DNA from: an uncultured Actinomycetes bacterium
Lineage (GTDB): Bacteria; Actinomycetota; UBA4738; HRBIN12
Assembly: GCA_963704725.1 (NCBI GenBank)
Contig: OY969934.1
Coordinates: forward strand, 800,001-864,000
Direction: 5' to 3'
DNA length: 64,000 bases
How positions within the stretch are numbered: position 1 is the stretch's first letter; each line of letters starts with the position of its first letter. The notes under the pieces were generated by a model that saw only the letters and a program-made list of their open reading frames with translations, had not been told where the DNA came from and did not search any database. Made by a program: the position numbers and the translations under genes. Shown here in pieces: positions 49,220-60,001 of the stretch.

Positions 49220-49426
49220 ATGAGTCGGCACCTGGTGGGTGTAACCGAGATCGCTGAAATGCTCGGCGTCTCGAGGCAGCGGGCAGATCAAATCACGCGG
49301 CAGTACAGCGACTTCCCACAGCCGGAGGTGACCCTAGCCACCGGGCGGGTCTGGCGCCGGGCAGCAGTGGAGGGATGGCATAAGCGCCACCCGGATCGGC
49401 GACCAGGTCGACCCCGCTCGACCTGA
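49220..49426 (+). CDS. AlpA/excisionase-like HTH regulator
   Basis: LVGVTEIAEMLGVSRQR...DFPQP...GRVWRRAAVEGW. Confidence 0.85.
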   Translation: MSRHLVGVTEIAEMLGVSRQRADQITRQYSDFPQPEVTLATGRVWRRAAVEGWHKRHPDRRPGRPRST

Positions 49427-49718
49427 TCGTCGCCTACGGAGCGGCTGCCATCCAGCAGCGGGGGAGAGGCAATCCGGGTTCGGCTCCTGTGGCGGCTACG
49501 CCATTAAGCGGTTGCCGGACCTGGTCGATAACGAAAGTCCGATCGAGCATCTGCTTCCACACGGGCAACGATCCGATGGTAGAACCGAGGCCCAGGAGCC
49601 GTAGATGATGCGGAGATCATTCCATGATCCGTGCAGTGTGCGCTGGCCGGTTTGTGGCGAGAGGTCGCGCGACAGGGCCGGCCGCCACGCCGGGGGCCCA
49701 AGGGGCCTCGCATAGACG

Positions 49719-51773
49719 ATGACGTACTTGCAGTGGAACGACGCGTTGGCTCGCCACTTCTTCCACCCTGAGCAGGCGGGGCAGCAAGTGTGGCTGTATG
49801 TCACGGATACTCTTGTTGGCGAGTTGGGTTCCCAGGCCGGCGATGGTGATGTCTCTGGTTTCGTTGCAGCCGTACGCGAGGGTCCTCCATGGTGTGCTGC
49901 CTCGCATCTGTGCAGGCGTGCATTAGAGGCATGGGATGGCTGGCGTGATCGAGGAATCGAGTACCCGCCGTATGTCGGGTACCTGAGCCTGTTCGTGCTT
50001 GCGGCTGGCCTTGAAGGGGACTTCGCAAGACATGCCTACTACCCGCGCCTCCGCGCCCTGCTGCGAGAGGGCGGGGAAGGAGCGCTTCCTTCCTTCTCGC
50101 GGATGCTTGAACTGTGGGACGACTTGGAGCGCTGGTCGGTTCATGATCGCGACGGCAAGCTTGGGCTGTTCGAAGCTCGGATTGTCGGCGGCCACATACA
50201 CGTAGGCCTCCCAATCGCGCAGACCATCCTCTCTGAAGACGAACGCCGAGCTCTCCCGCGGATGTTCGCGGTCGCGGGCCTGGATCCAACATCGCCCCCT
50301 CCAGATGACGAGCTGGCGCGGATGCTGAGAGCTCAGGGCGGAACGGTCCTTCGTCCCCGAACCCGCAAACTCGTCCGCACGAGGCGAGACGCCGAGAGCT
50401 TCGCCGTGCTGGTGGACACGGTGGCGGAGGAGCTCGCTGAGTGGGACGGAACCTACGAGGATGATGATCTTGCGGATGCAGGCACCCCGGTCCGTGGCCG
50501 CAGCTACGGCAGCATTCGCCTCTGTGTTGAGGTCGACAGGACAGCTGAGCGGGTGTCCTCGTCACTTCGCTGCCGCCTCAGGCGGGAGTTCCCAGCCGGG
50601 ACCCTTCATCTGAACGGCCAGGGTCTGCCGCTGCTGGCCTGTTCGGAGAGCGGGCTTCCCGGATGGTCGTCACCCCTGGTGAACGCGGCAACGCAGGAGT
50701 TCTTTGATGCGTCTGCAGTGGATTGGGTCAATGGAGTCTGGCTCGCGGAAGAACGACTCGGGTGGCGCTTTGCACTCCCAGCGCGTCAGGTCCGAGTCCT
50801 TGTGGCGGGGCGCGGAGAGGGGTTGCCTGGCCTTGTCGAGGTGCGGCAGGTCCCCCGTGGGCAACCCGTCTACTTCCTATACCGCCGCGAGGACTGGGAA
50901 GCACTCGCAGGCTGGGCAGAGGCGGAGTGCACCAGGTTCGAGCAGCTACCCGTTCGGGATGGGATCCCTCCAGGATGGCGGCTTGCAGCATGCCTTGAAG
51001 TCAGGGGCGATCGTCAGGTGCGTTCGGCCTTCCCCGAGTTGGCTCTCTCAGAGCGGGCGCGACTGGCCCTCGTAGGAGGTGTTAGGAGCGGTCCGGGACT
51101 GAGCTTCTTCCCGTTCGCTCCGCCCAGCCTCTTGCTTGAGGGAGGCGATGGCCGGGAGTCGGTGCTCTGCAACGGGCAGACGCTGGCCGCAGGTGACGTC
51201 GCCCGGTCGTTTGAGATCCCTTATGGACTGCCGGTGGAGACCAGAATCACGCTTGAAGTGAAGCGCGGAGGAGAGCCGCTCAAGAGCCGGTCCATCTACC
51301 TGAGGGGCCAGTCTGAATGGCGCCTCACGACACCCCAGCAAGTGGTCGACCGGCTCGGTCATCCAGCAGAAGACCCCAAGACCGGAGTGGCCGGAGCGCT
51401 GCCGATCGGTCTCCCCTCGACGGAAGGGTTCAGCCCTTCGCTGATGTTGACCCCTGGCGTGAAGCCGGGTGCGGCCAGGGTGTTGTTCATCGGCCGCGTT
51501 CCAGGGGAGATCTACTCATGGCCGAGCGAGTCCGGCCCGCCCGGGTGGTCGCCAGTCTGGGCAGTGCCGATGGGCCGGCGCGGCCAAGCCGTCTACTGCG
51601 GAACAAGCGTGGAGACGGACATTCCGGCCCCGGACGAACGCAAGGGCGATTGCGACCGCGTGAAGTTCTGGAGGCTCGTGATGTGGCATCGGCGGAAACG
51701 GATCAGAGAGCCCGAAGAGCCCGAGCTCGCGGTTCTCTGGCGCTCGTATGTCGAGGCCGCTCGCCATGTATGA
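49719..51773 (+). CDS. Druantia-associated protein (DruC-like by size and position)
   Basis: 684 aa with no housekeeping motif; first of coupled genes ahead of a giant DUF1998 helicase; assignment inferred. Confidence 0.55.
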   Translation: MTYLQWNDALARHFFHPEQAGQQVWLYVTDTLVGELGSQAGDGDVSGFVAAVREGPPWCAASHLCRRALEAWDGWRDRGIEYPPYVGYLSLFVLAAGLEGDFARHAYYPRLRALLREGGEGALPSFSRMLELWDDLERWSVHDRDGKLGLFEARIVGGHIHVGLPIAQTILSEDERRALPRMFAVAGLDPTSPPPDDELARMLRAQGGTVLRPRTRKLVRTRRDAESFAVLVDTVAEELAEWDGTYEDDDLADAGTPVRGRSYGSIRLCVEVDRTAERVSSSLRCRLRREFPAGTLHLNGQGLPLLACSESGLPGWSSPLVNAATQEFFDASAVDWVNGVWLAEERLGWRFALPARQVRVLVAGRGEGLPGLVEVRQVPRGQPVYFLYRREDWEALAGWAEAECTRFEQLPVRDGIPPGWRLAACLEVRGDRQVRSAFPELALSERARLALVGGVRSGPGLSFFPFAPPSLLLEGGDGRESVLCNGQTLAAGDVARSFEIPYGLPVETRITLEVKRGGEPLKSRSIYLRGQSEWRLTTPQQVVDRLGHPAEDPKTGVAGALPIGLPSTEGFSPSLMLTPGVKPGAARVLFIGRVPGEIYSWPSESGPPGWSPVWAVPMGRRGQAVYCGTSVETDIPAPDERKGDCDRVKFWRLVMWHRRKRIREPEEPELAVLWRSYVEAARHV

Positions 51774-52767
51774 GTTCGGCGATGCTCTCTTGTTCACTCT
51801 GTCGGCTTGGCGGCACTGCACTTGGCGGCAATTCCGGCGCGCCTTTGACGATCTTCACGCTCGGTTCCTTGCGACCGGAGGTGCGGTCGCCACAGACGAT
51901 GACGCCTATGTTCGATCGAATACCGCTCGCCTGTTGGACTCTCTCGGACATTGCGACTCCCTCTTCGATCCTGGCGGAGGCGGGAGCGTGCTCGTGGCGC
52001 CCAGCGTGCTCGCACGGCTACCCGTGGCGGGGCTGCCTCGCGCAGTCCTCTGCGGCTCACGATCGCCTGAGACCCTTGAAGCGTTCCAGCGTGCCAAGGA
52101 GCGCGCTGGCGGCTCGGTGCAGGTGCGTGATGGATCGCAGGGATCGCTGAACGCCTTCGCACCGACTCGGATCGAGGTTCAAGCGGTGTCTGATGCGGCA
52201 ATGGGCAAGCTCTCGGCTGATGTGGGCGTGATCTACGTCTCAGAGCCCCCCGCGTGGTCTCTTGCGCAGTTCAGCGGATCGCTGGAGAGCTTCCTTGGAT
52301 TGCTGAGATGGCGGACCCGTCCAGATCTGACCTGGGCACGCGCTGACTTCGATCCTGCTGGGCTGCGGTTCGCCGGCGAACGAGACTCCGAGGCGCTCAT
52401 CCTCAGCCGCTACCAGGATCCTGTCAGCGGCCGCTGGAGCTTCTGGTTGCGGCGAGGGGACGAGTGCGCAGAAATCGACGACCCGTCCTGGGGTCGCTAC
52501 GCGGTCTTGGCTGAGCACCGGCGCAGGGTGCTTCAGTTTGACGCAGCAACGGGAGAGCTCGCCGTCCCGGCGAGCTCTCCTCTTCCGCGGCTGATCGCCA
52601 GAGCCGCCACCCTCGCCTCTGGATATGCTCCGAGAACGGTTGTTAGCGTGGATGGCGAGTCGGGGCTGCGACGCAGACTCCTCGTGTACGGGAGGGTGCC
52701 AGTCGACGTTTGGGAAAGGCTCGCGATGAGGGTGGGGCAACTCTCAGTTGGAGGCGGGGATCGATGA
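51766..52767 (+). CDS. Druantia-associated protein (DruD-like by size and position)
   Basis: ~333 aa, overlaps both neighbours, directly precedes the helicase; assignment inferred. Confidence 0.55.
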   Translation: MYEFGDALLFTLSAWRHCTWRQFRRAFDDLHARFLATGGAVATDDDAYVRSNTARLLDSLGHCDSLFDPGGGGSVLVAPSVLARLPVAGLPRAVLCGSRSPETLEAFQRAKERAGGSVQVRDGSQGSLNAFAPTRIEVQAVSDAAMGKLSADVGVIYVSEPPAWSLAQFSGSLESFLGLLRWRTRPDLTWARADFDPAGLRFAGERDSEALILSRYQDPVSGRWSFWLRRGDECAEIDDPSWGRYAVLAEHRRRVLQFDAATGELAVPASSPLPRLIARAATLASGYAPRTVVSVDGESGLRRRLLVYGRVPVDVWERLAMRVGQLSVGGGDR

Positions 52768-55700
52768 CGGAATCCATGAGCGATCCCTCGGGTGCCTTCG
52801 CGAAGGTACGCGAGAGCCTGATTCTGTACATCAAGACCGCCTTCGGAACCCAGTTCCCCAGTTTCGAGCAGGAACGGGAGGACCTGCTGAGGCGGTCCGC
52901 CGTCCTCTGCCAGGAGCCGTGGATCGAACCGCTGCCCCGATACCAGGGCTCAGGGAAACGGATCGCCGACCTGACCACGGCAGACGTGCCCGGGCTCGCA
53001 GGAGAGGCGGTCGAGGACTTCAAGACCATGTCCGCATGCGGGCTCGTCGGTTCGTACGAGCTTCGACGCCATCAGCTCGAGATGCTTGGCCGGGCCCTCT
53101 CAAGCGAGCACTGCGTTGTCACCGCGGGTACCGGGTCCGGCAAGACGGAGGCGTTCCTGCTGCCGCTGTTCGCGTATCTAGCGGACGAGTCACGAAGCTG
53201 GGCACAACCGGGCGCTACCTCTGCCCACCACGGCGACTGGTGGGCGAACGGGGATTGGCGGGAGCAGTGCCTGCGGCGGACCGCCAAGCAGACAAGGATG
53301 ATCCGGTCCCTGCGCGTGCCTCAGCGGCAGCATGAGAGTCGCCCGGCGGCGGTCCGCGCGCTCATCGTCTACCCGATGAATGCCCTTGTAGAGGACCAGC
53401 TAAGCCGGCTGAGGAAGGCACTTGACTCCCCGGAAGCACACGACTGGTTTGCCGAGCATCGAAGCGGAAACCGCGTGTACTTCGGACGGTACAACGGGGC
53501 ATCTCCAGTGCCTGGGCATGAGTACAACCCGTTGAACAAGCAGGGGAAGCAGAGCCCGAACCGAAAGAAGGTCGAAGAACTCGCGACCGCGTTGGAGCAG
53601 GCGGATAGGGCCGCCGCCGCGGCAGCAAATCATGCGCAGCAAAGCGGGGATCCGGATGTTCGGTACTTCTTCCCGCGGCTAGATGGCGCTGAGATGCGAT
53701 CGAGATGGGACATGCAGGATGCTCCACCGGACATCCTCATAACGAACTTCAGCATGCTCGGCATCATGCTCATGCGCGATGCCGACAGGCGCATCTTCGA
53801 CGCGACTCGTGACTGGCTGCTCGAGGATGGGAGCATCTTCCATCTCATCGTCGACGAGCTCCACCTCTATCGGGGAACTGCAGGCACTGAGGTTGCCTAC
53901 CTCATGCGGCTACTCCTCGAGCGACTTGGGCTGGAACCAGGACACCCGAAACTGAGGGTTCTCGCCTCAAGCGCTTCGCTGGAACCTGATGATCCGGACA
54001 GCGCGAAGTACCTATCTGACTTCTTTGGGACAGAGTGGGCGAGCGAGCAGATTATTCCAGGCTACCCAGCACCCGCCCCGGCACTGGCGGCATCCTCCGC
54101 CCTGCCTGCAGACGCCTTGGCGAATATGGGGCATGCGCTTGAGGTCGACAGTGATGAGCTCGCTGCTGTGGGCGCCGACGTTGCTGCCGAGCTTGATGGT
54201 GGCGCTGGGGCAAGTTGGGAAGATGCTCTCGCCCAAGCGCTGGAGGGTGAGGAGCTCCAACTCGGCTCACGGATGCTGCAGGCGTGCGAGGTGGACGGTG
54301 TGACTCGGGCCGTACCCCTGACCACATTCGGGCGACGGCTCTTCGGAAGTGGGGTCAGCGATGAGCGGAGCGCCGACGCGGTGCGGGGGCTCCTATTCGC
54401 CCGCACCCTCTGCGATCCGGTCAAAAGCAACCTGCCGACGTTCAGGCTGCACTGGTTCTTCCGCAACTTCGAAGGGTTATGGGGATGCACAGCACCCAGG
54501 TGCCCGGCCGCCTCCGCAGCTGCGGATGATGGGCGCACGTCGGGGCAGCTGTATTCGGATTCGAGGATCCTGTGCCAGAACCCGACCGAGCGCCACCGCG
54601 TCCTTGAGCTTCTCTACTGCGAGCAGTGTGGCACCACCTTCTTCGGTGGCAGCCGAATGGAAATCTCTGACAACGGCGGATGGGAACTGCTGACGGCGGA
54701 CCCAGACATCGAGGGGATTCCCGATCGCCAGGCTGCGCGGTTCGTGGAGCGACGCACGTACGGCGATTTCGCACTGTTCTGGCCCCAGGGGGATGCTGAC
54801 CTGAGCCAGAACGCGATGGCTTGGCACCAGCCGACACTCGACGGCACTCCTTCCTCCAGCGCTCGGTGGGTTCCGTCGGCGCTGGATACTCGGAGCGGGC
54901 GGCTCGTGCTCGGCAAGGGAGGTCAGCCGTATCCGCAGGGCCCGTGGGTCTCTGGTTACAAGTATCTCCTCGACCAGGCGACTGACCCCCAGAGTGTGAG
55001 TGCGCTGCCCGCCGTCTGTCCGAGATGTGCGGGGGACTACACGCGGCGAAAGTTCCGGCGGTCCCCAGTGCGGGGTTTCAGGACTGGTTTCTCGAAGGTC
55101 ACCCAACTCCTCTCGAAGGAGCTGTTCCACTTCCTCCCAGAGGAGTCTCGGAAGGTCGTTGTGTTCTCCGACAGCCGTGAGGAAGCGGCCGGTCTGTCAA
55201 ACGGAATCGAGCGATCGCACTATCTCGATTTGGTTCGAGAGGCAATGTACGACGAGCTCCACCAGCTAGCGGTCGATGAACCACGATTGCTGAAGGAGCT
55301 TCAGCATGGTTCATCAGGGCTATCTAAGACAGCTGTGCAGTTCGCGGCCCTAAACCCAGGCATCAGGGAACATTTCGAGCGCCAGATCCTCGCCGCTTCT
55401 GCGCCCATACCCGACGTGAACGATCCGGGCCAGCGAGCTGTGTTGGAAGCCTATAGATCGGGCGCCCAAGCAGAACTGGATGCGGTGGTGGATCGGGGTG
55501 CCACGCGCACGGTGGCGCTCCGCCTACTCTTCGAGGCCAAGGACAGTTCTGACGCGTGGACCGGGCCGGGGGCACTCATACAACGGCTTAAGACACTGGG
55601 TGTGAACCCGGGAGGGAACGACGTCCTGTACCAGGACTACAGTTACGAAGGCCACTACAACCGATGGACCAAGCTCTTCGACTTCTCCAATCCGATGGGT

Positions 55701-58596
55701 GGGTGGCTGCCCGGGCTGACCGGCGAGGCTGTGGATGCCCGCGAGAAGTTACGGGACAAGGTCGCTTCGGAAGTCTGCAGCGTGTTGTTCAGCCGCCTGT
55801 ACTTTGGTTTCGAGTCGGCGGGTCTGGGGTTCGCCCGTCTTGATCTCCCGTGGGAGTCGATCGAGCAGCGCGCGGCGGAGTGCGGGAGCAGACGCGGGTC
55901 TCTTCGGCAGGATCTGCGACGCCACGGTGCGAGTAATGGGGGAGCTCTATCGGTACCACCAGGAGCCCGCGGAGTATCCGCTGGACAGCTGGCCCGACTG
56001 GAACTCGGCTCGCGCGAAGCTCCGCAATTTCGTCAAGGCCGTCGCGGCCGCGAACTCACTCAACGAAGCTGATTTGCTGCGGTCGGTCCGCGAGGCGATA
56101 TGCGCAGACGGCGGGCACCATGATTTCATCCTCGACCCGCGTCACCTGCTCGTCAGGATCGCCCTTCCGGAGAATCCCGCATGGGTTTGCGGCGAGTGCC
56201 GTCGGGCGCACCTGCATACTGCAGGCGTCTGTACCAACTGCCTGGAGCGGCTGGATGATGCGCCGTCAACAGCGTGCTCGGAGCTACATGGCCACAATTA
56301 CTACGCGAAGGAGGCAGTTGAAGGGCGGCAGCCTTTGAGGCTGCACTGCGAGGAACTGACGGCACAGACGGACGATCAGCCTGAGCGGCAGCGCCTCTTC
56401 CGGGACATCACGGTTGACCTCCGTGAGGATCCGAGGCATCCAGTCGTTGACGGAGTTGATGAGATCGACGTACTAAGCGTCACCACCACGATGGAGGTGG
56501 GCGTCGACATCGGAAGCCTGCAAGCAGTGGTCCTCGGCAACATGCCGCCTATGCGCTTCAACTATCAGCAAAGGTCCGGCCGGGCAGGCCGTAGAGGTCA
56601 GCCGTTCGCGATTGTGCAGACCCTCTGCCGTGGGCGCAGCCACGACGACTTCTACTTCAGGAATCCTGAGCGAATCACGGGCGACCGACCACCCGTGCCC
56701 TTCCTCTCCATGGCGCGCCCAGAGATCGTACAGCGCCTTGCGTCCAAGGAGGCGCTGCGGCGGGCGTTCCTCGCAGCAGGAGTTGGGTGGGACGAGAGCC
56801 CTGTACCTCCTGACAGCCACGGAGAGTTTGGCCTCGCTGCTACGTGGAACAGCGATGAGGGTCGGCGCGCTGCGGTCAATGGGTGGCTTGCTTCTTCGCC
56901 CGATGTGAACGGCGTCATTGGAGCGCTCACTTCTGGAATCAAGGAAGGGGTGGACCTGGCCAGGCTCGAAGCCTTCATTCGGAACGAACTGTTCCAGCGA
57001 GTGTGCGATGCGGCGGTGAACCCTGAGCTCACCGGTGATGGGTTGGCGGAGCGCCTGGCGGAGGCTGCCATCCTCCCCATGTATGGCATGCCATCTCGCA
57101 GCAGGCTCCTCTACCACCAGCTTCGCGGCGCGAAGCCGAGCACCATTGATCGGGATCTCGACTTAGCCGTGACGGAGTTCGCTCCTGGGTCGCAGCGCAC
57201 AAAGGACAAACGCATCCATCAGGCGATCGGCTTCACGGCGCCGCTCATGTACAGGAGCGGAAGATGGGAGCCCCGACTGAGCCTGACCCGCTTCCGGGAC
57301 GGCGATGGATGCTCCGCTGCGAGCGGTGTCACTACACGGGGACTGCGGACCACGAGCCGGCCGATGTCTTCTGCCCGGAGTGCGGATGTGCCAAGGACGA
57401 ACCGGTACCGTTTCGCGTCTACGAGTTCGCGGTTCCCCTTGCGTTCCGGACAAGTCTCGGCCCGGGAGGCGATGCAAAGGATGTGGATGAGTTTCTGGCT
57501 GTTGGTGCGGCCGCTGTGGCGGAGTCTGACCAAGAGCCCTGCAAGCAGGTTCCGGGCACTAACAGCGCTCTCGCGTTCTCCGCAGCCGGCCGCGTGTACC
57601 GAGTGAATGATCGGCGAGGCCTGCTCTTCAATGGGAAGCTTGGCGAAACGCTACGCCGCAACCAGCGCCTCAAGACTCAGTGGATCGATGAACGTTTCAG
57701 TGATGCGGATGGAATCACGTTTACGACGACCACCTCGGCCCAGTCCGTAGCTATCGCGGCTCCAAAGACGACGGACGTGCTCCGCATCCGTCCAGACGCT
57801 AACCCTCCGGGTCTATCGCTTGACCCCCTCGCGATCGATCCCGTTATCTCCCGCGGTGGGGTGATGGCCCGAGTCAGGGCGGGGGTGAAGGCTGCCTACT
57901 ACTCGGCTGCGTTCATTCTGCGGTCGGTCGCTGCTGAGGCTCTTGATACGGATCCCGAGGAGTTCGATGTCAGCAACGTCAGGCAGGTGGAGCTCGATGG
58001 GAGATGTGCGAGCTGGGGAGATCGTGCTGAGCGACCACCTCGCCAATGGCGCTGGGTTTGTCAGATGGGTCAGCGATCACTGGGGCGAGATTCTCTCAAG
58101 CATCGTGCGGCTGGACGCCCCCGCGAAGACTTTCATCGGCGACATGACGTCCGAGAAGCACCGAGTTGAGTGCGACTCGGCCGGCTACGACTGCCTCCGC
58201 CAGTATCGCAACATGAGCTACCACGGGCTGCTGGACTGGCGGCTCGGACTCTCCCTCCTCCGTTGCCTGCACTCCGTCGAGTTCGCGGCTGGGGCCGATG
58301 GGCAGTTTGCGACTCCCGACCTCGACGGGTGGCTGGACCTGGCCAGACAGCGACGAGACTCCTTTTGTTCGACGTTCGACTGCTTGCCAGCGGACTTCGG
58401 GCCCCTGCCAGGCTTTGAAGTCGGCGCCAAGCAGGTGATCGTCGTGCATCCGTTGTGGAACACGTATCAGCCTTCCGGCCTCCTGGCGGAGGCTCGGGCT
58501 CAGACTGGATCCGCAGGGGCGGATGCGATCCGTTACGTGGACACTTTCAACCTTATGCGGCGGGAAAGCTGGACCTACCAGCGTCTCGGGGAATGA
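52764..58596 (+). CDS. druE: Large DEAD/DEAH helicase with DUF1998 (DruE-like, ~1940 aa), frameshifts at ~55885, ~57270, ~58000
   Basis: [58 protein letters not shown], several CxxC, C-terminal D...NGAGF...YDCL..YRN..H..LDWR. Confidence 0.8.
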
Positions 58597-59789
58597 CCCG
58601 CTCAATACAACCCGGGCTTCTTACGTTCCGGCCTCTGCTGGCTCCGCTTAAGAGCATCTCGCCGACGAGTTACGTGGGGCTTCGCCAATGCGCGCTGCGC
58701 GGGGTGTGGGCTTCGGCTAGAACCTCAGAGCTCCTTCCCTCCGTTCCGGCCGCTCGAGTGGGAAGTGTCATCCACCGCCTCCTTGAAGCGGCTGGAAGCG
58801 GGACCTTCCTCCGGGGGGACGCTTCGGCAGTGGACCGTTCTTGGCAGGAGCTTATTGCTGCTGTTGAGGAGCGGATGCGCTCTAGCTGGTTGGAGGAGCA
58901 TCTGGTGCCGCTCAGCCATTCGGTGCCGGACTTCGAAGTGAGGCGGATCCAGGCCCGGAGCAGAGCGCTCGATCTTGCCGACGCGGTGGCCCGCACTTCG
59001 GACCGACGGGCTACCAGCGGCGGCGGCTCGCTAGCGCTACAAGGATGTGAGGTGGCAGTCTCCACTTCGGATGGCCGCGTGCGGGGACGCATCGACGCGA
59101 TCGTCATCGATAGCGGGGGGCCCGTTGTTCGCGACTACAAGTCGGGTGTCATCTTCGACATCGGAGCCGGGAAGGGGCACGTCCTCAAGGAGGCTTACCG
59201 GATCCAGCTCCGTATGTACGCGGCTCTATACGCGGAGACCGCCGGGAGGTGGCCGGTTCGGCTTGAGGTTGTCCCGATCCGCGGAACCCCGGAGGGCGTC
59301 GCATTCGATCCCGATTCCTGTAATGCGCTTGTTGAAGCTGCAAGTGCGCTACTGGAGACCGTGAACGAAGCCATTCGCCAGGAATCCACCGCGGGACACA
59401 TTCAAGAGATGTTGGCCCGGCCGCAACCGGAGACCTGCGCGCACTGCCCGTTTCGGCCCGGATGCCGGCCATATCGAACCGCGCGAGCTGCAGGCGGCGA
59501 GGGATGGCCGCATGACGTGTGGGGACGGCTAACAAGCATCGTGACCCTTGGTCGGGGCGGGGCGATGATAGAGGTGGACTCCGGCGACGGCGTAATCCGA
59601 ATCCGGGGTCTGGGTCAGGCCGGGCGGCATCCTGCCCTGAGGATCCTGGAGCGGGGAGACGCGGTTGCCGTCTTCAACGCACGCCCCACAGGGTCGCAAG
59701 CGATGTTCGCCGAGTCCTCACATACGGTGATCTACAAGCTTGAACAGCCTTCCGCATCGACCCAGGTAGAGGGGTGGAGCGGGCCCTAG
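58593..59789 (+). CDS. PD-(D/E)XK nuclease with Fe-S staple cysteines (Cas4/AddB-like)
   Basis: ISPTS...QC, GSVIH, GRID, DYKSG, QLRMYA, CAHCPFRPGC; ATGA overlap with the helicase. Confidence 0.85.
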   Translation: MTRSIQPGLLTFRPLLAPLKSISPTSYVGLRQCALRGVWASARTSELLPSVPAARVGSVIHRLLEAAGSGTFLRGDASAVDRSWQELIAAVEERMRSSWLEEHLVPLSHSVPDFEVRRIQARSRALDLADAVARTSDRRATSGGGSLALQGCEVAVSTSDGRVRGRIDAIVIDSGGPVVRDYKSGVIFDIGAGKGHVLKEAYRIQLRMYAALYAETAGRWPVRLEVVPIRGTPEGVAFDPDSCNALVEAASALLETVNEAIRQESTAGHIQEMLARPQPETCAHCPFRPGCRPYRTARAAGGEGWPHDVWGRLTSIVTLGRGGAMIEVDSGDGVIRIRGLGQAGRHPALRILERGDAVAVFNARPTGSQAMFAESSHTVIYKLEQPSASTQVEGWSGP

Positions 59790-60001
59790 GCCACCGAGGC
59801 TTGAGCCAGTTGGGCGGACCTCTACACTACTGTCGATGCGAACCTCAAGTGGTGGAGGCGAGATCCGGAGCACAAGGACTGCCCACTGCTTCCATCGCCG
59901 CCCCACGCAACGCAGCGACAGGTCGCCGCTTGGGAAGGGAGCAGGATCCATCGGGACGGAGCGGTAGGCAGACCTCGAGACGTCCGGGGACGCAGCAGCA
60001 C

